Assembly (NCBI GenBank): GCA_965218435.1
Contig: CBDCKW010000009.1
Coordinates: 672,001 to 736,000, forward strand
From: Truepera sp.
GTDB taxonomy: Bacteria > Deinococcota > Deinococci > Deinococcales > Trueperaceae
Length of the DNA: 64,000 nucleotides
Direction of reading: 5' to 3'
Each line of letters begins with the position of its first letter. The first letter of the stretch is position 1. The notes beneath the pieces are model-generated. The model made no database searches, was not told the origin of the DNA, and saw nothing but the letters and a program-made list of their open reading frames with translations. Shown in pieces: positions 53,032-62,319 of this stretch. Position numbers and translations under genes: made by a program.

Positions 53032-54063
53032 TCAGGTACGGCGCTGCGCAACCTCGGCCAGCGTGCTCAAGATGACCTCCGCCGCCGCCTGGTCCGGCAG
53101 CTCTGCGAGACACGCTTTTAGTGACCTGAGACCGGCCTCGGCTTTCGCTTCGGCGACGCTTTGCGCGTATGAGGAGGAGCCTTCGGTGCGCAGCAGCTGC
53201 AAGATGTGCTCGAGCTCCGCATAGGTTTTTTCGCGCCGTGGCTTCTCCAGCGTTCTTCTGACCAGCTGCTGCAGTTCGGGTGCAGCGTGGGCAAAAAAAT
53301 GGGCGAGGACGAGCGTGCGTTTGCCCTCGAACAGGTCACCCGCAAACTCTTTGCCGTAAGCCACGTCGCTCATGAGGTTGAGCACATCGTCCCGAATTTG
53401 AAACGCCACCCCGAGTGCGAGGCCCGCTTCGCTCAACCTGGGGTCGGGTTCGGCCCCGGCACAGAGCGCCCCTAAGACGAGAGGGCCGACGACCGTGTAG
53501 TACGCGGACTTCAGCGTCACCATCGCCAAATAGTCGGCTTCAGTGATGTCAAAACGCCCTTCAGCGACCCAGGTGAGGTCTAGGTGTTGCCCCTCAGCCG
53601 TTCGTGAAATCATCTCTTCAAACGTCTCGACGATCCGTTGTCCCTGTCTCTGTCCCTGTGCGCCTAACCCCCACGTGTGCCGTAGCAGCGTCCGCCACAT
53701 GTAGATATGCAGCGCGTCGCCCACATTGAGCGCGACCGGGAGCCCGACCTGTTTATGAAGGGCCGGAGACCCACGCCGGTCTTCGGAGTCGTCTTCGATG
53801 TCATCATGGATTAAGACCCAGTTTTGAAACAGCTCGAGCGCCGCCGCGACGCCTACCCCCTGTTCCCACGGCGCGCCGTGCGCCGCAGTTGACAGCAGAA
53901 GTAAAAGCCCGCGCAACCGTTTGCCGCCGCGCCCCGGATAATCGCGTAAAAGTGTGTAAAACCGCCCTAGTTCGGGCCTTAAATGTGACGCCGGTAGCTC
54001 GCGGTAGATAGCGGCGTCTAACTCGGCCTGAAGGGGTGCGAGGTCGAAAGGGGAGACGGTCAC
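53032..54063 (-). CDS. Polyprenyl (GGPP/FPP) synthetase
   Basis: GGKRLR, LIHDDIED.S..RRG, GQ.LD, FQIRDDVL and DL.EGK.T. GTG start lies 6 nt after TATACT. Confidence 0.92.
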   Translation of the reverse strand: MTVSPFDLAPLQAELDAAIYRELPASHLRPELGRFYTLLRDYPGRGGKRLRGLLLLLSTAAHGAPWEQGVGVAAALELFQNWVLIHDDIEDDSEDRRGSPALHKQVGLPVALNVGDALHIYMWRTLLRHTWGLGAQGQRQGQRIVETFEEMISRTAEGQHLDLTWVAEGRFDITEADYLAMVTLKSAYYTVVGPLVLGALCAGAEPDPRLSEAGLALGVAFQIRDDVLNLMSDVAYGKEFAGDLFEGKRTLVLAHFFAHAAPELQQLVRRTLEKPRREKTYAELEHILQLLRTEGSSSYAQSVAEAKAEAGLRSLKACLAELPDQAAAEVILSTLAEVAQRRT

Positions 54064-54168
54064 GGCCTGAGTATAACAACCTGGGCGTAACGACCCCCAG
54101 CACCGAACAAGCACCGTCTTTGCGTGATGAGTTTCCCCAGAGCGGCTAGGCTGAACGTGGAGGTCAAC

Positions 54169-54639
54169 ATGATTATATTTGTGAGACGTACCCTCTTCGT
54201 CCTGGGTCTCTTCGTTGGATGTGCCGCCGTTAGTGCTCAGGCAGCTGCACCCGAAGTGCCGGGTTTGGTGGTTGTCAGAAGTCCACACAACGTGGCGCAA
54301 ACCGTCACTAAAGACGACCTCGAGACAAACGGACTTACTGTGATCGCCGAGGTTGACCACAGCGCGAACGCCGAGAGTGTCGGGCTTACGTTGCCCCGAC
54401 CTATCTCGTTATTTTCGGCAATCCCAAGGTTGGGACGCCGCTGATGCAAGAAAAGCGCACGGTTGCCACCGACCTGCCGCAAAAGATGCTCATTTAGGAA
54501 GACGCGGGCATGGTTTACGCTGCGTACAACGACCCGGCCTATTTAGCTGAGCGGCACGGCCTTGACCCCCAAGGGGAAAGGGCTTGAAAAAGTTTCCGCT
54601 GCGCTCAGCAACCTTGCAAAAGCGGCGACAGCGCCGTAA
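54169..54639 (+). pseudogene. DUF302-family secreted protein, disrupted
   Basis: Signal peptide and VDHSANAESVGL in frame 1. LVIFGNPKVGTPLMQ...DLPQKMLI*EDAG..YNDP.YLAERH in another frame with an internal TAG. Further shift before LEKVSAALSNLA. Confidence 0.85.
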
Positions 54640-54706
54640 AACGCGCTAAATAACAAATCGTGTGGGTGCCTCGAGGTAGACCTTAGCTGTTTTATAGACC
54701 CAATTT

Positions 54707-55375
54707 TTACGACAGTTGCGGCAGCAGTTCAGTAACCGCTCCGAACACGCCGATGCCGAGCAAGAGTACGCCTGAAATGCGTGTCAGCAGCGTGTGATGA
54801 CGCGTCAACCAACCCACCCCGCGCCGCTGCAAGGGCATCGCGGCAAAAGGCAGCAGCACCAGCGGCCACCCGAAGCCGAGCCCGAACACAAAAAAATATA
54901 GCAGACTGCTTGCTAGCGCTGCGGCGCTGCCCGCGCCGAGCAAAAACGCGCTGACGACGACGGGGCCGGTACAGGGCAGCGTCATCGGGCCGAGCAGCAC
55001 GCCGTAGAGGTAGGCGCTCCCCAAGGGATTGCGCAGGACCGGCGTAGAGACGCCGCCGAGCCGAGCAAACGGGTTGACGCCGAAGAGCATCAGCCCACCG
55101 AGGAGGATAATTGCGCCGTAAATTACCGGCAACAGCCAAGCGAGAACGCCTCCGAAGGTCGCTTGCAAAGCGTAAAGAAGAAACCCTACCAAGGTCATCA
55201 AACTGAGGACGCCTAAAAGCACCATCAGGCCGAGCCAGGGCGTCACGCGTTTGGCCCGCTCACTGGCAGCGTTCCCGGCTAAAAAAGCGATCAAGCCGGG
55301 GTAGAGCGGCAGCAAACAGACGTTCGTTAAAATAGCGGCGTTCCCCAAGAGGAACGCGCCAAAAAGTTGGTTCAC
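54707..55375 (-). CDS. ccdA: Cytochrome c biogenesis / DsbD-transmembrane protein CcdA
   Basis: VCLLPLYP and LPCTGP cysteine motifs, six TM segments. Confidence 0.82.
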   Translation of the reverse strand: MNQLFGAFLLGNAAILTNVCLLPLYPGLIAFLAGNAASERAKRVTPWLGLMVLLGVLSLMTLVGFLLYALQATFGGVLAWLLPVIYGAIILLGGLMLFGVNPFARLGGVSTPVLRNPLGSAYLYGVLLGPMTLPCTGPVVVSAFLLGAGSAAALASSLLYFFVFGLGFGWPLVLLPFAAMPLQRRGVGWLTRHHTLLTRISGVLLLGIGVFGAVTELLPQLS

Positions 55376-55396
55376 GAAAGTTCATTCACGTTAGTT

Positions 55397-55912
55397 CTAG
55401 GGTTGCACAGCCGCGAGAATCGCGTCGGGTGAGCTAAAGCCTGTGAGCAGGTCGCTGGTGGTGCCGTCCGGATAGACGATGAAGTGCGGCGTTGACGGGG
55501 GGACGGCGATCGTTTGACCAAAGTTGGCAGCGAGGGCGCGCAGCAGCTCAGGGGTCAGCACGGCAAACTTAAAGTCGAAGCCTTGCTCTTGGGCGTAACG
55601 GGCGAGGGCGTCGGCTTTGAGGGTCGTTTCGACGCTGAGCGCCACGAACGTTACCTTATCGCCCTTAAGCTGCGCGGCGGCGTCACGAACGTTGCCGAGT
55701 TGTTGACGGCAGTTGCTACACCAGGTCGCCATCGGCTCGACGTAGACGGTTTTGCCTGCAAAACCCCCGAGCGTAAAGGTTTCGCCCGTGCGGGCGTCGG
55801 TCAGGGGCAGCGTCTGCCAATCGGTTTGAGCGAACGCTGCGCTTGATAGTACAGCCAGCACAACGACTATCATTTTGGCGGGGTTTGTAAAAACTGACTT
55901 TACACGGTTCAT
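55397..55912 (-). CDS. Exported TlpA/ResA-like thioredoxin
   Basis: Signal peptide, GKTVYV..MATWCSNC and TP.FIV.PDG. Confidence 0.85.
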   Translation of the reverse strand: MNRVKSVFTNPAKMIVVVLAVLSSAAFAQTDWQTLPLTDARTGETFTLGGFAGKTVYVEPMATWCSNCRQQLGNVRDAAAQLKGDKVTFVALSVETTLKADALARYAQEQGFDFKFAVLTPELLRALAANFGQTIAVPPSTPHFIVYPDGTTSDLLTGFSSPDAILAAVQP

Positions 55913-56391
55913 GGTTACCTCGAGCTTTCCGGCAGCTTAAAACGAGCGGGTACGTCTACTCGCAACTCCTTATGACCGTTATTTCACCCTGAGCTTACCT
56001 GCCTGGGTAGCCTAAGCTGCCGTCGGTAGCGGCTAACTTAGCCTAAGTGCTGAGTATGTTTGGGCGTTCGTCCGGTTACAGCGAGCGGGTTCAGAGTTAC
56101 AACTTGTGTACGCTATAGAACCTCCTTGGCCCAAAGTCATTATGGAGCCGGAAAACTTGCTGGTCTGTCAAAGGCTTGACGTAATCCGGGCACAGTCTTG
56201 GCCCCAGGTTCGCCCCTCCCCAAACGTACTACTCCTAACGTATCCTTGTCAGGGTTAAAGGCATACTAAAGATGTACCGTGATGACCTACTACCCAATGA
56301 GAACCTCCGTGTGGGCTCAGCTGCCGGGTGAGCTGATAGCCCGCCCGTTTCAGAGCAGTGTTCAATTAACCGGCTGTAAGGCAGCGGTGAT

Positions 56392-57066
56392 ATGAGCAAA
56401 CCTTGGTTTGTCCACGGAACTGACTTCAGCGTGCGCCTCGACGCGCGTGACCGCGGCATGTTTATGCGCGTCTGCCCCGAGAAACGTTACAGGCGCGGTG
56501 AGACGATCTTTCGGCTGGGTGACCCGGCGACGAGCCTGCACGTCATCGCTGAAGGGCAGGTCAAACTGGTGACGGCTGCGCCGAGTGGTCACGAACGAAT
56601 TTTAGCAATCTGCGGCCCCGACGACTTTATCGGTGAGGCGTTTCTACAAGAAGCGCAAGTGTACCGTGTGGACGCGGTGGCGCTAACCAACGCCGTGACC
56701 TGTCCGATGAGCCGTGACCAATTTTTGGAGTTGGCGCTCCGCGCTCCGACCTTTACCCTGAGCTTCGCTGAAATCTTGGCCGGTCAGCTGTTCGGTTGCC
56801 GCGACCAACTCTCGAACAGCTACGACCCGGTGCCGCAGCGGTTGGCGCGGGTTTTGCTCGAGCAAACCGAGCGGTTCGGCACACCTCTAGGGGACGGCTG
56901 GTGCGAGCTACATACCGAGCTCCGTCACGATGAGCTGGCCTCGATGGTCAGTGCAACGCGGGTTTCAGTCTCAACGGCCTTTGCCGAGCTGCGGACCAGA
57001 GGCTTTGTCGAGGGGAGCCGTGGCCGTTACCGGCTTCACACGCCGAGTTTGCACGACTTGCTCTAG
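56392..57066 (+). CDS. Crp/Fnr-family transcriptional regulator
   Basis: cNMP domain (GETIFR.GD, G.VKL, FIGE) and HTH (HDELASMVSATRVSVS). Confidence 0.92.
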   Translation: MSKPWFVHGTDFSVRLDARDRGMFMRVCPEKRYRRGETIFRLGDPATSLHVIAEGQVKLVTAAPSGHERILAICGPDDFIGEAFLQEAQVYRVDAVALTNAVTCPMSRDQFLELALRAPTFTLSFAEILAGQLFGCRDQLSNSYDPVPQRLARVLLEQTERFGTPLGDGWCELHTELRHDELASMVSATRVSVSTAFAELRTRGFVEGSRGRYRLHTPSLHDLL

Positions 57067-57136
57067 GCGCTGAGCATTCAAACTCAGTTAGGGCTGGCAG
57101 GTATCAGCTGGTCGGTAACGCTCTCAATCTAAGCTC

Positions 57137-57194
57137 AGCTGACCAGCACGCACATTCTGCGATGATACTTGTGGCAACCTCTTATGGAAATGCT
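57137..57194. repeat. Dispersed 58-bp intergenic repeat, copy 2
   Basis: 50/58 identical to 5016-5073. Confidence 0.8.
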
Positions 57195-57302
57195 AGGCCA
57201 CGTGCTGCGTGCTGTACGGAAGAAGTACGAACTCAAAGAGGGTTTAGAAATTGCTGACCTGCAAAAGACGACGGTGTAGTTTAGGCACTTAGGATGAACA
57301 GC

Positions 57303-57329
57303 AAAAAACCCGCCTGAGCGGGTCTCTTT
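57303..57329 (-). terminator. Intrinsic terminator of the opp operon
   Basis: ACCCGC-tcag-GCGGGT followed by a T run on the minus strand. Confidence 0.75.
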
Positions 57330-57345
57330 ATTGCTTTTGCCTCGC

Positions 57346-58392
57346 TTAAACGGGGCCGGGTCGCCGAATACACGCTTTGAAGTGACCCGGTGACACCTCT
57401 TCTAACGGCGGCACCACCTCGGCGCACTCTTTGATGGCAATCGGGCAACGTGTTCGAAAGACGCACCCTGAGGGCGGGTTGATCGGGCTAGGGATGTCGC
57501 CCTGCAAGATCACACGGTCACGTTTAACCGTCGGGTCGGGAATCGGCACAGCCGAGAGGAGCGCCTCGGTGTAAGGATGAACCGGGTTACGGTAGAGTTC
57601 TTTGCCGGGGGCAATCTCCATGATGCGGCCTAAGTACATGACCACGACGCGGTCGGAGATGTACTCGACGACGCCTAAATCGTGGGCGATAAAAAGGAGC
57701 GTCAGACCGAGTTCTTCTTTGAGGTCTTGGAGCAAGTTGACGACCTGCGCCTGAATCGAAACGTCGAGCGCCGAGACGGGTTCGTCCGCGACGATAAACT
57801 GCGGGTCTACCGCGAGCGCCCGCGCAATCCCGATACGCTGCCGCTGACCACCCGAAAACTCGTGCGGGTAACGTCGCATATGCTGCGGCGAAAGCCCGGT
57901 ACGTTCCAGCAGTTGCACGATGCGTTCTTCTCTGGCTTTACCCCGCGCCAGATGGTGAATATCTAACGCTTCGCCGATAATGTCGCCGACGGTCATCCTA
58001 GGATTAAGACTCGCAAACGGGTCTTGAAAGATGATCTGCATCTCTTTACGGTAGTCGCGCATCTGTGAGCGCGACACCTTGGCGATGTCGGTGCCGTTAA
58101 AGATGATTTCGCCTTCGGTCGGTTCGATCAGCCGCAAGATGGTCCGACCGGCGGTTGTTTTACCTGAACCCGATTCACCCACGAGCCCGACGACCTCACC
58201 GGGTTTGATGTTGAGCGACACGTCTTCAACCGCTTTGACGTTGGCGACCGTGCGCGAAAAGACGCCGCCTTTAATCGGAAAGTACTTTTTGAGATTTTTA
58301 ATCTCTAAGAGGTACTCACCTTGCGTGACGCTGCGCTTGTCTGCGCCGGAGGAGCGTTTTTCGGGTTCGTGGACGACTTGAACGTTGCTCAC
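57346..58392 (-). CDS. oppF: Oligopeptide/dipeptide ABC ATP-binding protein (OppF/AppF)
   Basis: [29 protein letters not shown] and HPYT..L...GC.F.TRC. Confidence 0.92.
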   Translation of the reverse strand: MSNVQVVHEPEKRSSGADKRSVTQGEYLLEIKNLKKYFPIKGGVFSRTVANVKAVEDVSLNIKPGEVVGLVGESGSGKTTAGRTILRLIEPTEGEIIFNGTDIAKVSRSQMRDYRKEMQIIFQDPFASLNPRMTVGDIIGEALDIHHLARGKAREERIVQLLERTGLSPQHMRRYPHEFSGGQRQRIGIARALAVDPQFIVADEPVSALDVSIQAQVVNLLQDLKEELGLTLLFIAHDLGVVEYISDRVVVMYLGRIMEIAPGKELYRNPVHPYTEALLSAVPIPDPTVKRDRVILQGDIPSPINPPSGCVFRTRCPIAIKECAEVVPPLEEVSPGHFKACIRRPGPV

Positions 58393-59405
58393 GCCAGCAC
58401 CTTCTCTTCGTTAAGCTCGAGTTCATCCCAGCGGACGCAGCGCACCATATGCCCGCCACCGGTATCTTCGAGGGGCGGGATGGCCTCTTTGCATTTGTCC
58501 TCGACAAACGCGCAGCGCGGGTGAAACGAGCAGCCTGCCGGCAGATAGAGCGGGTTAGGCACGTTGCCGGGGATGGCCTCGAGCCTGTCCTGGTGCTCGG
58601 CGGCCTTATCTACCCGCGGAATCGAGTTCATCAACCCGAGCGTGTAGGGCATCTGCGGTTTGGCGAAGATGTCCCGGACGCTGCCCTCTTCAACGGCGCG
58701 GCCCGCGTACATGACGACCACGCGGTCGGCGATCTCGGCCACGACGCCCAAGTCGTGCGTGATAAACAAGATGCTCATCCCGATCTCGCGTTGCAGCTGA
58801 CGCATCAAGTCCAGAATCTGCGCCTGAATGGTCACGTCGAGCGCCGTGGTGGGTTCGTCGGCGATCAAGAGTTTTGGCCCGCAAGATAAGGCCATCGCAA
58901 TCATCACGCGCTGGCGCATCCCGCCCGACATCTGGTGCGGGTAGTTACGCACGCGTTTGCCCGGTTCGGGGATGCCGACTAAATCGAGCATCTCGGTGGA
59001 GAGTTTCATCGCTTGTTTGCGGCTTTTGTGCTGGTGAAGCTGAATGGCTTCGGCGATCTGGTCACCGACTGTGTAGACCGGGTTCAGGCTGGTCATCGGT
59101 TCTTGAAAGATCATCGAGATGTCGTTGCCACGAATTTTACGCATCTGCGATTCGCTCTTTTGGACCAAATCTTGACCTTCAAAGAGCATCTCGCCGCCCG
59201 CGATCCGTCCGGGAGGTGAGGCGATCAGCCGCATGATAGATAGACTCGTGACCGATTTGCCCGAGCCCGATTCGCCGACGACGGCGAGCGTTTCGCCGCG
59301 GTCAATGTGAAACGTTACGCCGTCCACGGCCTTGACCGTGCCTTCGTCGGTGTTGAAGTACGTCTTGAGGTCGTTGACCTCGAGGATACGTTCTTTGTCA
59401 GCCAT
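58389..59405 (-). CDS. oppD: Oligopeptide/dipeptide ABC ATP-binding protein (OppD/AppD)
   Basis: [33 protein letters not shown] and [11 protein letters not shown]. Confidence 0.92.
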   Translation of the reverse strand: MADKERILEVNDLKTYFNTDEGTVKAVDGVTFHIDRGETLAVVGESGSGKSVTSLSIMRLIASPPGRIAGGEMLFEGQDLVQKSESQMRKIRGNDISMIFQEPMTSLNPVYTVGDQIAEAIQLHQHKSRKQAMKLSTEMLDLVGIPEPGKRVRNYPHQMSGGMRQRVMIAMALSCGPKLLIADEPTTALDVTIQAQILDLMRQLQREIGMSILFITHDLGVVAEIADRVVVMYAGRAVEEGSVRDIFAKPQMPYTLGLMNSIPRVDKAAEHQDRLEAIPGNVPNPLYLPAGCSFHPRCAFVEDKCKEAIPPLEDTGGGHMVRCVRWDELELNEEKVLA

Positions 59406-59459
59406 AAAGTCTCCTCGGCGGGGTAGCACGCTACGCCGTAATTAAAATTGTACTCGACA

Positions 59460-60005
59460 CTAAAGTGTAAGGGAAATGTCAGAAAATTGATACGGGCTCA
59501 GCGGGGTGCCAAACGGTACTAAATCCCGTAGGTTGTAGTCTCCGCCCGCCGGTTCGCGGTACACCTCGGTGCGGTTGTGAACCAGGTCAACGATCCAAAA
59601 CTCCGGGACGCCCGCCTCGGCGTAAATGGGTAGCTTGACGTGGCGATCAAACCTGAGGGTGCTGTCAGAGACCTCGATGACCAGTAACACGTCTCCGGGT
59701 TTCGGAACTTCATCCTCGTAAAAGGTTTCGCGAAAGCGGAGGAGGGCCACATCCGGTTCGGGTTCGCCGTAAGGTGGGAGTTGGAGCGGGTTTTGGACCC
59801 ACACGACGGTACGCTCTTCTAGCGGGGCAAAAAAAGCGATCAGTTTAGCGACAATTGCGGCGTGTCGCCGTCCAACGGGGGTCACGGCATAAATCCGCCC
59901 TTCTAACAGCTCTACACGCTCGTTCTCGGCGAAAAGCCCTGCCTCAGCCATTTTGTGATAATCGTCTACAGAGAACTTACGAAGATCAATCATCGTGCCT
60001 GCCAT
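59460..60005 (-). CDS. Uma2 (DUF820) family endonuclease-like protein
   Basis: FSVDDYHKM.EAG, RVELLEG.I, EPEPD, LVIEVSDST...DR..K...YA.AG.PEFWIVD. Confidence 0.92.
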   Translation of the reverse strand: MAGTMIDLRKFSVDDYHKMAEAGLFAENERVELLEGRIYAVTPVGRRHAAIVAKLIAFFAPLEERTVVWVQNPLQLPPYGEPEPDVALLRFRETFYEDEVPKPGDVLLVIEVSDSTLRFDRHVKLPIYAEAGVPEFWIVDLVHNRTEVYREPAGGDYNLRDLVPFGTPLSPYQFSDISLTL

Positions 60006-60018
60006 AAGTCATCATAAG

Positions 60019-61218
60019 CTACTGACTGCTGCGCGGGTCGAAGGCGTCGCGCAGCCCGTCACCTAAAAGGTTCCAGGTCAACACCGAAATAAAGATAAAC
60101 AAGCCGGGTAAAAAGACCCACCAGCGAGCCGCGAGCCCTGACACCCCGGCAAAACCCTGTGCAGTCGCCAGCATCAGCCCCCAACTCGTCGAGGGCGGCT
60201 GAATCCCCAAGCCGAAAAAGCTCAGTACGGATTCGGTGATGATAAAGCCGGGAATGACGATGCTCATGTAAACGATAACGAAACTGAGCGTGTGCGGCAA
60301 CATATGACGGAAAATAATCCGGCCGTTACTGGCCCCTAAAGACCGGGCAGCGTAGGCGAAGTCGCGCTCACGTAGTGAGAGAACTTGTCCCCGAATGGTA
60401 CGCGCCACCCCCCCCCAACCGATGACTGACAGCGCGATGACGACCAGGATAAAAACCGTTGACGAGGGCAAGTTGAGTGGATAAAAAACAGCAGAGAGCG
60501 TGATCAAAAGAAAAAGGTCGGGAATAGCCGTAAGCGCCTCGATAAAACGCATGATCAGCTCGTCAACCCAACCGCCAAAAAACCCTGCAATACCGCCCAT
60601 GATCATCCCGATAAGGATAGATACGAAGGCCGCTAAAATGCCAATCGTCAGGCTGATACGCGCGCCGAACAAAATCTTGCCGAAGACGTCGCCGCCGAGG
60701 TCATCTGAACCCCACAGGTGAACACGTCCCGGTTCAGGAACCCCGAAGAGGTGCAGGGTTGCCCACGGCCGGATACCTAAAGTTTGGCGGAGCGGCTCAG
60801 GGATAAGATTGACCGGAAACGGCACATACCGTTCTCTAATCCCTTCGCGCCTGACCAGAAACTCTAAGGGATAACGTGTTGACCTGTCTTCTGTCCAGGT
60901 GGTTTCAAACGTTTCCATATCGAGCGTTTGCGTGCTCGCATAGATGAAGGGCCGAACGAACCGACCTTCGTTCCAAAAGTAAATCCGGTTGGGGGGCTGA
61001 AAGGTCGTGTTGGGGTTGATGTAACCTTCCGAATAAGGCGCAAAAAAGTCGGCGAAGGCCGCCAAAAAATATAAAATCCCCAAAATCACGAGAGCCACAC
61101 GTGCGAGCGGATGTTTGCGAAACTGCCGCCAAGCAATCGAAGTAAGGCTTTCCCCTTGCTTTACAACCTCTTCAGGCGGCTGCGCGGCACCTGTGGGCAT
61201 AACTGGAATGTCAGCCAT
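60019..61218 (-). CDS. oppC: Peptide ABC permease (OppC/DppC)
   Basis: W.QFRK..LA, GSDDLG.DVF, GARISL, AAR.LGA, ES.LSFFGLG...P..SWG and GDGLRDAFDP. Confidence 0.92.
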   Translation of the reverse strand: MADIPVMPTGAAQPPEEVVKQGESLTSIAWRQFRKHPLARVALVILGILYFLAAFADFFAPYSEGYINPNTTFQPPNRIYFWNEGRFVRPFIYASTQTLDMETFETTWTEDRSTRYPLEFLVRREGIRERYVPFPVNLIPEPLRQTLGIRPWATLHLFGVPEPGRVHLWGSDDLGGDVFGKILFGARISLTIGILAAFVSILIGMIMGGIAGFFGGWVDELIMRFIEALTAIPDLFLLITLSAVFYPLNLPSSTVFILVVIALSVIGWGGVARTIRGQVLSLRERDFAYAARSLGASNGRIIFRHMLPHTLSFVIVYMSIVIPGFIITESVLSFFGLGIQPPSTSWGLMLATAQGFAGVSGLAARWWVFLPGLFIFISVLTWNLLGDGLRDAFDPRSSQ

Positions 61219-62198
61219 CAGTAACGAATCCTGGGATCAATCAGGGCAAGGGCCAAGTCGGAGATGAGGTTACCGATCATCAGCAAGACGGTCAGGATGG
61301 TCAAGAGCGCCATGATGACGTAGGTGTCTTGAGCGTAGATCGAACTGAGAAAAAGCGGGGTGATACCCGGCCAACGCAAAACGTACTCAACTGAACCGGC
61401 TCCACCAATCAGGCTGGGCAGCAAGCCGCCGATAGTTGCGACAATAACGATCACCGCGTTTCTAAGGGCGTGCTTATAGTTTACGACACGTTCAGAAAGA
61501 CCTTTGGCCCTGGCCGTGCGCACATAATCTTGACTGAGGACTTCCAACATTTCCCCACGCATAAACCGAGAGACCGACGCAAGGCCCGCGAGCATCACGA
61601 CAATCGTCGGCGCGATCAGGTGCCAAGCAATGTCCCGAAACTGCCCCCACGCGCCGAGCTGCCCGAAGTCTTGACTGGTCATTCCCCCGACCGGAATTAA
61701 AAATCCGTTGGTTGCTTGAAACCACTGCACCGCAAACGCCACCACTAGGAGCGCAAGAAAGAAGTTAGGAATCGCTAAACCAATCAGGCTGAAAACGGTT
61801 AAAAACCGGTCGCCGATAGAGTATTTGCGAACGGCTGAAAAGACGCCGATAGGTACCGCGATAAGATAGGTCAAGATCGTCGCAGGTAGCAGCAGGCGCA
61901 AGCTGTTGATCATGCGGGGAATGATAAGGCTGGTGACGCTCCCCTTCGAGGTCATGCTGGTACCGAAGTCAAAGTCTGTGACAACGTTTCTGAGCCAATA
62001 AAAATAGCGAACGAACCACGGCTGACCGAGCCCCAGAGCTTCGCGGATACGCTGCGCCTTATTCGGGTCAACCTGGTCAAAGGCAAACTTGCTGGCAAAA
62101 TCGCCGGGGGCAATCTCAATGACGATCCACGCCAAAAAGGTCGCCAAGATAAACGTTGGTAAAAGATTGACGAAACGTCTAAGAATATAAGCGGTCAA
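61218..62198 (-). CDS. oppB: Peptide ABC permease (OppB/DppB)
   Basis: YILRR, APGD, DFG.S, QDYVRTARAKGL, HALRNA and DPRIRY. TTG start with AGGAG RBS. Confidence 0.92.
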   Translation of the reverse strand: MTAYILRRFVNLLPTFILATFLAWIVIEIAPGDFASKFAFDQVDPNKAQRIREALGLGQPWFVRYFYWLRNVVTDFDFGTSMTSKGSVTSLIIPRMINSLRLLLPATILTYLIAVPIGVFSAVRKYSIGDRFLTVFSLIGLAIPNFFLALLVVAFAVQWFQATNGFLIPVGGMTSQDFGQLGAWGQFRDIAWHLIAPTIVVMLAGLASVSRFMRGEMLEVLSQDYVRTARAKGLSERVVNYKHALRNAVIVIVATIGGLLPSLIGGAGSVEYVLRWPGITPLFLSSIYAQDTYVIMALLTILTVLLMIGNLISDLALALIDPRIRY

Positions 62199-62257
62199 CG
62201 GTCTCTCCTGAATAAATCTATTTAACTGTAAGGTGAATCCTACGCTCTAAATCTGTG

Positions 62258-62293
62258 GCAAGGAGCTTTTGGACAGTTCCAAAAGCTCCTTGC
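62258..62293. promoter_or_regulatory. 16-bp perfect stem-loop between SBP and permease genes (mRNA stabiliser or attenuator)
   Basis: GCAAGGAGCTTTTGGA-cagt-TCCAAAAGCTCCTTGC, with no U-tract. Confidence 0.7.
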
Positions 62294-62319
62294 AATACTG
62301 CTCTACTACAAACTTGACT

